A DNA stretch of 64,000 bases from Candidatus Micrarchaeota archaeon (GTDB taxonomy: Archaea; Micrarchaeota; Micrarchaeia; Anstonellales; Bilamarchaeaceae): the NCBI GenBank assembly GCA_032123335.1, contig JAQBFN010000020.1, forward strand, positions 1 to 64,000. Direction: 5' to 3'. Below are positions 20,438 to 30,130 of this stretch, piece by piece. The position numbers and the translations under genes were made by a program. Each line of letters begins with the position of its first letter. The first letter of the stretch is position 1. The notes under the pieces were generated by a model, which did no database searches, had not been told where the DNA came from, and saw nothing but the letters and a program-made list of their open reading frames with translations.

Positions 20438-20559
20438 GTTTATAAGCCTCACATTTTCCCCTCTTCTCTCCGTCGAAACTCTTTTTCAAAATAGCCCCAA
20501 AAATGCCCTTTTTTGCCCCAAATAGCTCAATTTTTATAAGTTACTCCAGATACTCCAAC

Positions 20560-21117
20560 ATGCTCGACCTCCCGACTGCCGCCAAATTGGTGCAAGACGC
20601 ATTCAGGACCAGGAACCAGCGCAAGATGCGCAAGGCTAATGACAAGATCATGAGGGAATGGATTCTCTCTCCTTCCAATGAGCTATACCAACTCTCCGTT
20701 TACTCATATGTGCTCGCGAAAATACTTTCCAAGCCCCGCTTCATGGGCAGAACATACTCGGGAAAGCACAAGGAAATAGATTCCCTCCTTTCACGGCTCG
20801 TTTCCCTTGCACAAAAAAACAACCAAAAGGAATTCTCCCAAACCCTCCTCACCCTCAAGGCATCAATCCAGGATGTGGAAAGCTCGGATGCGCGATACAT
20901 AAAGAACATGATGGAAAAGGGCCGCCTCAAAACCGCGGCCACCCTTTATGCACAGGGCATATCGCTTTCTGCCGCCTCCGAAATGACCGGAGTGGAGAAA
21001 CAGGAGATAATGGACTATGCGGGAAAAACCCTGATGTTTGACCGCATGGGAGAAGGGGAAAACCTTCCCAAGCGCCTGAAAAAAGCAAGGAAAATACTCA
21101 TGGGTGGTAAAAAATGA
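20560..21117 (+). CDS. Hypothetical protein with C-terminal HTH (UPF0175-like)
   Basis: LYAQGISLSAASEMTGV; ATGA overlap with downstream PIN gene. Confidence 0.6.
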   Translation: MLDLPTAAKLVQDAFRTRNQRKMRKANDKIMREWILSPSNELYQLSVYSYVLAKILSKPRFMGRTYSGKHKEIDSLLSRLVSLAQKNNQKEFSQTLLTLKASIQDVESSDARYIKNMMEKGRLKTAATLYAQGISLSAASEMTGVEKQEIMDYAGKTLMFDRMGEGENLPKRLKKARKILMGGKK

Positions 21118-21800
21118 AAACCAACTACGTTCTCTGTGATGCGAGCTCCCTCATTTCCCTCACAGTCTCCTGCCTCGATAGCCTTCTCCCGTTTTTCCAG
21201 GAGAAGTTCGGGATTCGCTTCCTGATTCCCAAATCAGTTGAATATGAAGCAGTAACCCGCCCACTTTCTTTCAAGAGCAAGATACACAGCTTTTCCGCCC
21301 TCCGCATCAAGGACATGATACATGATGAGGTAATTGAAGTAGTTTCTGATAACGCAGAAGAGGAAACAAAGGAGCTGATGAGGCTTGGAAACAGCATATT
21401 CCATGCACGTGGCCGCACTGTCCGCCTAATGCACATGGGCGAAACCGAGATGCTCGTTCTTGCAAGCCGCCTCCAGGTACCATCTCTCCTCATGGATGAG
21501 CGCACAACCCGCATACTTGTAGAGGATCCAATCTCAATGAAGAAGCACCTCCAGCATGAATTCCGTGCAAACATAATGGTGAACAAGAAGAATCTCCTGG
21601 ATTTCTCTTCCAAGGTAAAAGACCTGGACGTAATCCGCAGCACCGAGCTTCTTTACCTCGCATATGAAAACGGCTTCCTCAAGCACTTCAACGACATAGA
21701 AAAAGACGCTGCGGAAGCAGCCCTTTACAATCTCAAATACGCGGGCTGCGCAGTAAGCTTCAACGAACTCAAGGAATATGCAAAGTTGATGGTGAAATGA
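21114..21800 (+). CDS. PIN-domain protein
   Basis: CDASSLI, VEYE, GETE, LMDE acidic PIN pattern. Confidence 0.7.
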   Translation: MKTNYVLCDASSLISLTVSCLDSLLPFFQEKFGIRFLIPKSVEYEAVTRPLSFKSKIHSFSALRIKDMIHDEVIEVVSDNAEEETKELMRLGNSIFHARGRTVRLMHMGETEMLVLASRLQVPSLLMDERTTRILVEDPISMKKHLQHEFRANIMVNKKNLLDFSSKVKDLDVIRSTELLYLAYENGFLKHFNDIEKDAAEAALYNLKYAGCAVSFNELKEYAKLMVK

Positions 21801-22462
21801 ACAAGGCCCTAATCGCAATGGATACCCGCGAAGACTCCTCCTTCCGGGAACTCCTGGAATCCCACGGTGCAGAAGTCCAGGTTTCTCCTCTCCCAGTGGG
21901 AGATTTCATCTGCTCCGACCGCACAGTGATAGAGCGCAAAACCCGCTCTGATTTTGAATCCTCAGTAATTGATGGCCGCCTCTTTGACCAGCTTTCCCGC
22001 CTCTCTTCTTCCTATTCCCGCGTAATCCTCATTATAGAAGGAACAGAATCTCCCGGCACTCTCCAGAAGCCCTCCCTCCTTGGCGCATACTCCTCCGTTC
22101 TCACAGACTACGGGGCAGGAATGTTCTTCACCCGCTCACCCGAATCCACCGCAGAACTAATTTATGCAATTGCAAAGCACGAGCAGCTGATGGAGAAGCG
22201 CCCCCTCCGCATAAGCGGAAAGCCCAAAGGCAAAACCCTCCCCCAAAACCAGATTGCAATCGTAGAAATGCTCCCCCTCGTAGGCCCGAAAATGGCCCGC
22301 ACCCTCCTTGAAAATTTCGGCACCATAGAGAACCTTTTCAACGCTTCTGAAGAAGACCTCCTCAAGATTGAAGGCCTTGGAAAAAAGAAGGCAAATGTAA
22401 TCCGCAAGGCCCTCACCACCCCCTACGAACCCGAAGAAGAAATCCCACCGGAAGAATACTAA
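21797..22462 (+). CDS. XPF/ERCC4 family nuclease with HhH domain
   Basis: DTRE, GDF...IERKT, GRLFDQ; PLVGPK and EGLGKK HhH motifs. Confidence 0.92.
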   Translation: MNKALIAMDTREDSSFRELLESHGAEVQVSPLPVGDFICSDRTVIERKTRSDFESSVIDGRLFDQLSRLSSSYSRVILIIEGTESPGTLQKPSLLGAYSSVLTDYGAGMFFTRSPESTAELIYAIAKHEQLMEKRPLRISGKPKGKTLPQNQIAIVEMLPLVGPKMARTLLENFGTIENLFNASEEDLLKIEGLGKKKANVIRKALTTPYEPEEEIPPEEY

Positions 22463-22498
22463 GAATACCCTTTTATTACTTATTTCCGATATGTGCAC

Positions 22499-23416
22499 AT
22501 GATTCTCCCCGTCAGAGGTAAATCCATAGGCCTGGACAAGGGAAAGTGCGACCTCCCATTCCTTTCGCACGCCCACGGGGACCACACAAGCGGGATGAAA
22601 TCCAAAGAAGAAATCATTGCAACCGAAGCAACAATCGAGCTCGCCCGCCTTTCCGCTTCCTCAGTTTCCCACCCTGGAACCGAACTCCTCAACGCCGGCC
22701 ACATCCTAGGCTCCACCCAGCTTTGGGCCGAATCCGATGGCTCCACTACCCTTTACACAGGGGATTTCCGCACCCAGGACGGAATCTACACAAAAGGCGC
22801 AACCCCCAAGGAAGCTGACCGCCTCATAATTGAATGCACCTATGGAGACCCCTCAATCACTTTCCCCCCACTTGAAGAAACATACTCCCAGATTTCCCGC
22901 TGGGTAAAATCCAACTCCAACGCCATCCTTGTTTTCGGTGCTTATAATCTAGGAAAAACCCAGGAACTAATCAAAATCCTCAACGAGTACTGCTCCATAA
23001 CCCCAGTAGTTACCCAGGAATCCGAGCACTTTAACCAGGTTTACGAAAAGCACGGAGTCAAACTCGACCGCGTAGTTGTAGGAACAGATGAAGCAGAAGA
23101 AGTTATGCGCGGCCCCTTCGTATCCATTGCCCCCCCACGCATTGCAAAGCGCACCTTCACCTCCAAGCTCTCCGGAGCCTTCAACCTTCCAGCCTACTCC
23201 GCACTTGTTTCCGGCTGGGTCCAGAAATACCGCACACGTGTGGATGCGGGCTTCCCTCTCAGCGACCACTCAGACTTCAACGATATCCTGGAATATATTG
23301 ACCTCGTAAACCCAAAAGAAGTTGTATTCGTGCACGGGGATGGCTCCCATTTAATGCGCGCCCTCAACAAAAGAAAAGGAACCTTATTCGCCTCGCTTGG
23401 GGGCAGCAGCCCATAA
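22499..23416 (+). CDS. Metallo-beta-lactamase/beta-CASP nuclease
   Basis: SHAHGDH, AGHILGS, YTGDF, ECTYG, SDHSD, VHG. Confidence 0.88.
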   Translation: MILPVRGKSIGLDKGKCDLPFLSHAHGDHTSGMKSKEEIIATEATIELARLSASSVSHPGTELLNAGHILGSTQLWAESDGSTTLYTGDFRTQDGIYTKGATPKEADRLIIECTYGDPSITFPPLEETYSQISRWVKSNSNAILVFGAYNLGKTQELIKILNEYCSITPVVTQESEHFNQVYEKHGVKLDRVVVGTDEAEEVMRGPFVSIAPPRIAKRTFTSKLSGAFNLPAYSALVSGWVQKYRTRVDAGFPLSDHSDFNDILEYIDLVNPKEVVFVHGDGSHLMRALNKRKGTLFASLGGSSP

Positions 23417-23466
23417 TCCTTTTTTAATCTATCCATACTCAATATATCTCTCAACCTTACTACCAT

Positions 23467-23539
23467 GGCCATGGTAGTGTAGCTGGCATCACGGGGGGTT
23501 GTGGTCCCCTTAACCCGAGTTCGAATCTCGGTCATGGCC
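23467..23539 (+). tRNA. tRNA-His(GTG), G-1 genomically encoded
   Basis: G-GCCATGG/TCATGGC-C acceptor, anticodon loop TTGTGGT, TTCGAAT. Confidence 0.93.
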
Positions 23540-23571
23540 CTTCAATTCCGGCCCATCAGAAAAAGAGTAAT

Positions 23572-23847
23572 TCAAACCTTCACTTTTTTCATTCCGTTCA
23601 TCATCTTCCTGTAAACAACCAGGATAATAAATCCGATAACAGTCGCAATTAAAGCAACGCTAAAATCCACCACTACCACAGAGTGCGATGCAAGCACATC
23701 TCCGAGCAGCCCTACCAGCAAGTCCTTCAAAAATTGCGCCCACAATATTGCGATTGCCACTATAATCCCGAACTTCAGGCTGCGCGGAACCCCGTCCCCA
23801 ACTCCCATAATCGGTTTCTTGGGTTTATTGTTGGCCATAAACCCCAA
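23572..23847 (-). CDS. Small two-TM membrane protein
   Basis: Two hydrophobic helices, basic C-terminus. Confidence 0.6.
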   Translation of the reverse strand: MGFMANNKPKKPIMGVGDGVPRSLKFGIIVAIAILWAQFLKDLLVGLLGDVLASHSVVVVDFSVALIATVIGFIILVVYRKMMNGMKKVKV

Positions 23848-23927
23848 TCTCCTGAAAACTTTTTAAATCCGCAATCAATCAAAAGCCTTTAAAATCTCCC
23901 AACCAAAATCACTCAGGGTGAGCCTCC

Positions 23928-24893
23928 TTGAAAAAGTTCCTTACGAACAAATACCAAATCGCGCTCGATGTACTAATTTCCTTAATAATAGTTGCAGCGC
24001 TGCTCCACTTCGCAGGCTTCAATGAATTCATAGACGCGCTCGCCAACATCAACCTTTTCTGGCTCATCATCTCTATCATTCTCCTGCTCGGAATGTACAT
24101 AATGATGACTTTCCGGATGAAAATCCTCCTGGATGAAATGAAATCCCCGCTCCCCTGGCTCTCAATTTTCAAGTGCCACCTCACCGGAATGCTCCTCTCG
24201 GATATAACTCCCGCAAGAAGCGGCTACCTCGCAACCGCAGCAGTACTGCACAAGAACTACAAAGTCCCCTCAGAAAAAGCCATGGTCGCCATACTCGGCC
24301 CCCAGGCCTATGATTTCATTTTCAAAATAGTTGTGGGCGGTCTCGCAATCCTCTTCCTGCTTGAATACGTAGGAATCGAAAACGGCTGGATTATGTACTT
24401 AGGAGTCGCAGGCCTCTCCTTCGTCCTGCTCATAATGCTCCTCCTGATGTATTCCCGCCGCTTCCTCAATGCTTTCAAGTTCTCAGAAAACTGGCCATTC
24501 TTAGGAAAGATTTACGCAATGTTTCATCGCGTGCAGGACCATTCAGATGTAGTAATCAAGAAAACCCCCATTCTCATAACATTATTGCTAATAACCTGGA
24601 CCCTGAAAGCATTCTCCTGGTATGCAATCGCCCTCTCCCTAAACATGACCCTAAACTTCCCTTACCCTGAAGAAGCATTCTATTTCTTTTTCCAGCCCCT
24701 TGCAACAATGCTCGAATTCGTTCCCACTCCAACCCTCGCAGGCCTAGGATTCAGCGAAGCCGGAGGCGTACTCATCCTTTCCCTATTCGGAGTAACCGCA
24801 GCCCAGGCAACAGCCTTCATGCTCGTTGCCCGCTTCAAAACCACACTAGTAAATCTCCCGGGAATAGAAGAAGCCCTAAAACTAATCAAATAA
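23928..24893 (+). CDS. Flippase-like membrane protein (UPF0104/LPG synthase TM family)
   Basis: SDITPARSG, PTLAGLGFSEAG, multiple TM helices. Confidence 0.8.
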   Translation: MKKFLTNKYQIALDVLISLIIVAALLHFAGFNEFIDALANINLFWLIISIILLLGMYIMMTFRMKILLDEMKSPLPWLSIFKCHLTGMLLSDITPARSGYLATAAVLHKNYKVPSEKAMVAILGPQAYDFIFKIVVGGLAILFLLEYVGIENGWIMYLGVAGLSFVLLIMLLLMYSRRFLNAFKFSENWPFLGKIYAMFHRVQDHSDVVIKKTPILITLLLITWTLKAFSWYAIALSLNMTLNFPYPEEAFYFFFQPLATMLEFVPTPTLAGLGFSEAGGVLILSLFGVTAAQATAFMLVARFKTTLVNLPGIEEALKLIK

Positions 24894-25517
24894 TCACAAT
24901 CTAATCATAAAAGTAGTCCTGTACACCCTTCTCCCTTCCTTCTCCCCAGCAAGCGTCTTGCTTATTTTCGCCTTTAATTTAAGCTCTGCAAGCATCTCCA
25001 CAACCGCTTTGGAGTCCCCAACGTACAAATCCATACCCTCCTTCTTTTCTTCCTCCTTAGTCAGGAATGTTCTCTTGCCCAGCATTTTCTTGAGGGTCCA
25101 GTATGCCTTTTTTATCCTTCCCGAAGGCCCACGAAGCTGTATGATCGCCTCGAAATACCCCCCACTCTGCCTTGAGCAGGCCTGGCATACCGTCTTCACA
25201 ACGGTAGCATTAATCTTCTCCTTTACAGGGAACATTGTGCTCTTGTCCCCCACATAAAAAGTAGCCTCCTGCTGCCTGAAATCATAGCTTCCGCTAATAA
25301 ATTCCCCTTTGCATTTTGAAATCACTTCCTTTGCAAGCTTGCTCTCGTCTGCATTCACCCAGTTGCCCTTGAGCCTCACCTTCCCGCATTTGGTACAGCG
25401 GATATACTCCAGCCTTTTAGGGCACTTGATATGCACGGGCTTGCATTTTATGCAAAACGGGCCTGAAAAAGGAACCTCCTTATCTGAGACCCCGCACTTT
25501 GCACACCTTAATTCCAT
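24894..25517 (-). CDS. NMD3-family ribosome biogenesis protein
   Basis: Four CxxC pairs, GGYFEAIIQLRG, GMDLY, YRTTFMIRL. Confidence 0.88.
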   Translation of the reverse strand: MELRCAKCGVSDKEVPFSGPFCIKCKPVHIKCPKRLEYIRCTKCGKVRLKGNWVNADESKLAKEVISKCKGEFISGSYDFRQQEATFYVGDKSTMFPVKEKINATVVKTVCQACSRQSGGYFEAIIQLRGPSGRIKKAYWTLKKMLGKRTFLTKEEEKKEGMDLYVGDSKAVVEMLAELKLKAKISKTLAGEKEGRRVYRTTFMIRL

Positions 25518-25583
25518 ATAGCTAATTTAGCCATCCACCTTCTTTAAATAGCTTACTAATTATAGACTCCAAAAGGTGAGCAG

Positions 25584-25796
25584 ATGGAATTTGAAGAGGA
25601 TGGGCCATACACAGCAAATTCTGAATTACGCTACATAACCCTGGAGCTCATGCGCCTAGCCGAAAAGAAGAACACCACCTTCGAGCAGATGGCAGAAGAT
25701 TACGTAAAGAATACCTTCCACCTGAAGAAGCTCATAGAGGAAAAAGAGTTCCCGGAAAAAACTTTAAAAAGTAAGGAAGGGATCGGTTATCCATGA
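25584..25796 (+). CDS. Small hypothetical protein
   Basis: AGGTGA RBS; ATGA overlap with next gene. Confidence 0.65.
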   Translation: MEFEEDGPYTANSELRYITLELMRLAEKKNTTFEQMAEDYVKNTFHLKKLIEEKEFPEKTLKSKEGIGYP

Positions 25797-27553
25797 GCAA
25801 TATAGAAAAGGCAGTCTCACTCACTAAATATTTTGTAAACCTGCCTAAAACACCCTATACTCTCTCTTTCATATTTTTGCTTTCCCTATTCCTGGGTTTG
25901 GGCATTTCCATCCTCACAGGGGAGTCTCTCGTGGAAACAATCTTCACAGGCATATTCATACTCACCATTCCCAGCTTCCTCTCAATAATTGTAGGCAAAG
26001 CCCTGATGTCCAGGGTCCCTGTCCGCAGGATTGCCGCCACAGCATTCCTTGGTGCAGTAATCTATGCCATTACTTACCTGATTGCCCTCTCCCTCCAGCT
26101 GTTTTCCCCTGAAGGCACAAGCGCAATATTCGTAGGAAGCGCCCTGGTATTCGTACTATTTTACACAACTGCAAGGATAATTTTCGTGCACAAATGGCGT
26201 TCCCTCATTTTCGCGGTGCTCCAGCTCTTCCTCACCGCAATCTTCCTGATAACAGATGGTTTCCTCCCTGTATCTGCAGGAGACCCCTTCAATGTGCTAG
26301 TCAAGTTTTATCTTTCTGCATTCGTACTCCTTGCCGGCCTCTACCTCTTCTTCCTGCTCATAAATGCGCCCATGAAGCGCACGTTCGGAGTTACCTCCAC
26401 CGATGCAGTTTCAATGTTCTTCTCCCAGTGGTTCTATGACAAAAAAGACATGGAGAAAACCTTCCGCAAAGTAGGCGAAACCGTAACCACCTACATTTCC
26501 CTCCTCCTTTTCCGCCGCAAAGACGGCGATTTCGCATTCGTAGTCCCCGGAGTCCATTTTGGCCCCTTTGGCAACCTGGGCGGAAGCAACTTCTCCTACC
26601 TCATTGCAGAAGAACTCGAAAAGAAGCACAAAACAAAATCATTCGTTTTCCACGGTCCCGCAACCCACGACCTCAACCCGGTTTCCACATCCGAGCTCAA
26701 GAAAATAACTGATTCCTGCTCAGAAATACTCTCAAGCGCAAAGCCCATGTCCTCCAAGGTTTCCCTTTCCGCTTCAACCACAGAGCATGCAATTGCAGAA
26801 TCCCTCAACTTCAAAAACCACTCCTTTATCGGAATGAGCCGTGCCCCCAAAACCACTGAGGATATGTCCCTGGGCACCGGGATGGCTCTTGCAGCAACCG
26901 CAGAAAAGCACGTCTCCTCCGCAACAATTGTAGACCAGCACAATGCAGAAACAGGGGAAATGGAGTACATAGAGCCCGGAACCAGGATGTGCTTCCAGTA
27001 CCTAGAAGCACTGGAAGATGCGCTCTCCAAAAAGCCCAAGGAAAACAAGCTCAAAGCCGGATTCGCATTCGGCTCAAGCGATTCTTCTCGCATCGGCCCT
27101 GCAGGCATCAAGGTTGCAGCCCTCTCCACAGACCCGGAATATGTAGTAATCCTTCCCGATGCAAACGGCATCACCCCCACCTTTCGCAGGCGCATCATGA
27201 CCGCAGTGGATTCCCTCTACCGCACAGAAGGCTGGGGCCCCGCAGTCCCGGCAGTCTACACAACCGACACCCACAAGGTAAACACTGTCCGCGGTGTAGT
27301 AAACCCTCTCAAAGAAAACGACGTAATCCTCAACCAGATTCTCTTCCTTGTAAAGCATGCCCATGAAGACATGAAGGATGCCCAATTCTACGCAGAAAAG
27401 CGTACAATGGATATCCGTGCACTTGGAGCAAAGCAGGCAATCGAAATCATTTCCACAATAAACTCAATCGTTGCAATCTCAAAAGTTGCCGCACCCATTA
27501 TAATAATTTCAGGCATATTAGCCATACTCTGGATAATTTCCAACTTAGGATGA
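25793..27553 (+). CDS. DUF2070-family membrane protein
   Basis: N-terminal TM region then HFGPFGNLGGSN, FHGPATHDLNP, DQHNA, TTDTH. Confidence 0.85.
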   Translation: MSNIEKAVSLTKYFVNLPKTPYTLSFIFLLSLFLGLGISILTGESLVETIFTGIFILTIPSFLSIIVGKALMSRVPVRRIAATAFLGAVIYAITYLIALSLQLFSPEGTSAIFVGSALVFVLFYTTARIIFVHKWRSLIFAVLQLFLTAIFLITDGFLPVSAGDPFNVLVKFYLSAFVLLAGLYLFFLLINAPMKRTFGVTSTDAVSMFFSQWFYDKKDMEKTFRKVGETVTTYISLLLFRRKDGDFAFVVPGVHFGPFGNLGGSNFSYLIAEELEKKHKTKSFVFHGPATHDLNPVSTSELKKITDSCSEILSSAKPMSSKVSLSASTTEHAIAESLNFKNHSFIGMSRAPKTTEDMSLGTGMALAATAEKHVSSATIVDQHNAETGEMEYIEPGTRMCFQYLEALEDALSKKPKENKLKAGFAFGSSDSSRIGPAGIKVAALSTDPEYVVILPDANGITPTFRRRIMTAVDSLYRTEGWGPAVPAVYTTDTHKVNTVRGVVNPLKENDVILNQILFLVKHAHEDMKDAQFYAEKRTMDIRALGAKQAIEIISTINSIVAISKVAAPIIIISGILAILWIISNLG

Positions 27554-27557
27554 TCAC

Positions 27558-28622
27558 ATGGATATTGAAAAGAAAATCGAACTCACTATGAAAGCCCCTA
27601 CCCAGGAGCTCGTAACCAAGGAAGACCTCAAAACCCTTTTTGAAAATCACGCGCACCCCAAGCACTACATTGGATTTGAAATCTCCGGTTTTGCCCACAT
27701 CGGAACCGGCCTCGCAACATCCCTCAAAGTAAAGGATTTGCTCGAAGCCGGCTGCAAGCCCACCATCTTCCTTGCTGATTACCATACCTGGATAAACGGC
27801 AAGCTTGGAGGAGACCTGGATAAAATAAGGCAGGTTGCAGAAGGCTACTTCAAGCACTGCTTTATCGCGCTCGGCCTTCCCGAATCCAAAGTAGATTACG
27901 TGCTTGCAAGCAACCTCTACGATTCCGATTACTGGAAAACCGTTTTGGACATCAGCAGGAACACAAGCCTTAACCGCATGCTCCGCTGCATTACCATTAT
28001 GGGACGCAAGGAAACCGACACCACCTCCTCTGCTTCAATCCTCTACCCCGCAATGCAGGCCGCAGACATCTTTATGCTCAAAGTGCAAATCGCGCACTCT
28101 GGAATGGACCAGCGCAAGGTCCACATGCTTGCAAGGGAAGTGGCGCCCAAGCTCGGGGCTGAAAAGCCCGTAGCCCTTCATGGCCACCTCCTCCCTAGCC
28201 TGCATGGCGTAGAGCGTATGAATCCCACCGAGGACCAGGTAATTGATGCAAAGATGTCCAAGTCCAAGCCTGATTCCGCAATCTTCGTGCACGAGCCCGA
28301 ATCCGAAATCCTCCGCAAGGTAAAGAAAGCATACTGCCCTGAAAAAGTTGCGGATGGAAACCCAATGATTGAATATGCGGAAAACCTTGTTCTCCGCGAC
28401 CGCCCGCTCAAAATCGAGCGCCCGGAAAAGTTCGGAGGAAACGTGGAATTCGCAACTTCCTTAGAGCTCCGCGAAGCCTATACAAGCGGTGCACTCCACC
28501 CAATGGACCTCAAGAATGCAGTGGGAAAAGAACTGGTAGAAATGCTTAAGCCCGTTCGGGACTACTTTGAAAAGCATCCCAAATACCTCAAGGAACTCGA
28601 GGGAATGCGGATAACCCGCTAG
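27558..28622 (+). CDS. tyrS: Tyrosyl-tRNA synthetase
   Basis: YIGFEISG, HIGT, YPAMQAADI, GMDQRK, KMSKS. Confidence 0.97.
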   Translation: MDIEKKIELTMKAPTQELVTKEDLKTLFENHAHPKHYIGFEISGFAHIGTGLATSLKVKDLLEAGCKPTIFLADYHTWINGKLGGDLDKIRQVAEGYFKHCFIALGLPESKVDYVLASNLYDSDYWKTVLDISRNTSLNRMLRCITIMGRKETDTTSSASILYPAMQAADIFMLKVQIAHSGMDQRKVHMLAREVAPKLGAEKPVALHGHLLPSLHGVERMNPTEDQVIDAKMSKSKPDSAIFVHEPESEILRKVKKAYCPEKVADGNPMIEYAENLVLRDRPLKIERPEKFGGNVEFATSLELREAYTSGALHPMDLKNAVGKELVEMLKPVRDYFEKHPKYLKELEGMRITR

Positions 28623-29329
28623 CTTCGCGCAAACGCTTCCACAATTTTCTTTATCTTTTTATTCGCTTCTCCCATATGCTCCAGCACTTCCTTGTGCGTA
28701 AGCTCTTTCTTCCCTTTAATTCCCGCAGCATAATTAGTCCCAACTGCAATCCCACACAAAGGAATCTCCAGCTCCCCCGCAAGCGTTGCTTCATACGCAC
28801 TGGTCATATTAACCAAATTCGCACCCATCCCCTTCAACGCCTTAACCTCTGCCCGCGTCTCAAACCTGGGCCCATGCGTAGTAGCTACAATTCCCCCTTT
28901 CTTCAGCTTAATTCCCGCACCCTTCGCAGCACCTTCCACTTTTTTGGAAATCGCTTTATTGTACGGCTCACTCATGTCCGCATGTGTTATCCCGGATTTA
29001 AACGCATCATAATATGTAATCGGTGAATTAAACCCGATAAAATCCTCCAGCAAAACCAAATCCCCTGGTTTATACCTTCCAATTATCCCTGTTGCATAAA
29101 ACACAAGAACCGCATCAACTCCCGCATCCTTCATTGCCCAGATGTTCGCCTTATAATCCACTTTATGCGGAGGCGTCCCATGTTCCTCCCCATGCCTTGG
29201 CATAAACAAAACTTCCCTCTTCCCAATCTTCCCACTATACACAGTAATTGTCCCGTACGGAGTCCTCTTCCTCCCCCTTTCCATCCGCCCCAATGAGTAG
29301 ATTCCGGTGCCCCCAATAATCCCAATCAT
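28619..29329 (-). CDS. MTAP-family purine nucleoside phosphorylase
   Basis: GIIGGTG, PRHG, GPRFETRAE, TNYAAG (Asn suggests 6-oxopurine preference). Confidence 0.9.
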   Translation of the reverse strand: MIGIIGGTGIYSLGRMERGRKRTPYGTITVYSGKIGKREVLFMPRHGEEHGTPPHKVDYKANIWAMKDAGVDAVLVFYATGIIGRYKPGDLVLLEDFIGFNSPITYYDAFKSGITHADMSEPYNKAISKKVEGAAKGAGIKLKKGGIVATTHGPRFETRAEVKALKGMGANLVNMTSAYEATLAGELEIPLCGIAVGTNYAAGIKGKKELTHKEVLEHMGEANKKIKKIVEAFARS

Positions 29330-29389
29330 GCTTCCAATAGAAGGGGGGAGTTTTTTATAAGTTTTGGTCGATATCTCTGCGTGATATAT

Positions 29390-29572
29390 ATGAAAGCAAT
29401 GTATCTCGCACTATGCTTAATGCTCGTTCTCGCAGGAACAGTAATGGCATACACTGGCTACGATGACGACTACTATTACGACGACTATGCATATGACGAT
29501 TACGGATGCTGCTGCGGACCCATGTTCGCACTGGTCGCTGTTGGAGCATTCGCCCTCTCCCGAAGGCACTAG
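29390..29572 (+). CDS. Tiny secreted Asp/Tyr-rich peptide with CCCGP-TM-RR tail
   Basis: Signal peptide, YDDDYYYDDYAYDDY core, GCCCGPMFALVAVGAFALSRRH. Confidence 0.7.
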   Translation: MKAMYLALCLMLVLAGTVMAYTGYDDDYYYDDYAYDDYGCCCGPMFALVAVGAFALSRRH

Positions 29573-30079
29573 ATGAATAAGGATTTCTTTGCCGGTGTTT
29601 TTGCCGGCGTAATCCTCTTTTTTGTTCTCTCATTCATGTTTCTTCCCGCATATTCCGTTTCCGTAATCTCTTCTCCCGGAGCCGAAGACGAAATCCTCTC
29701 CCTTATTGATTCCGCCCAGCACTCAATCTACATAGACATGTACATACTCACTTCCGAAAAAGTTGTGGATGCACTAATCTCCGCCCACTACCGCGGCGTA
29801 GAAGTAAAGGTAATCCTTGAAGAGCGCACAGGTGCAAACACCCTTGCTTTCTCCCGCCTTGAAGGTGCAGGCACCCAGGTCTGCTGGGCCTCTGCAGTCT
29901 ACAAGCTCTCCCACCCCAAACTCATAATTGTGGACAACCAGAAAGCCCTGGTAGGCTCCCACAACCTCTCCAACTCCGCCCTTAATTCCAACCGGGAAAT
30001 CTCCCTCCTTGTCCAGGGAAACGTAGTTTCTACCCTCCTTTCCCTTTTCAATTCCGATTGGGATGCCTGTTCCATGTAG
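29573..30079 (+). CDS. Phospholipase D-family protein (single HKD, Nuc-like), N-terminal anchor
   Basis: HPKLIIVD...GSHN...NRE motif. Confidence 0.88.
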   Translation: MNKDFFAGVFAGVILFFVLSFMFLPAYSVSVISSPGAEDEILSLIDSAQHSIYIDMYILTSEKVVDALISAHYRGVEVKVILEERTGANTLAFSRLEGAGTQVCWASAVYKLSHPKLIIVDNQKALVGSHNLSNSALNSNREISLLVQGNVVSTLLSLFNSDWDACSM

Positions 30080-30130
30080 CCCACTTCTCTCGAAACTCCT
30101 CCTAAGCCTTATAAATATATTCTGTCAAAT

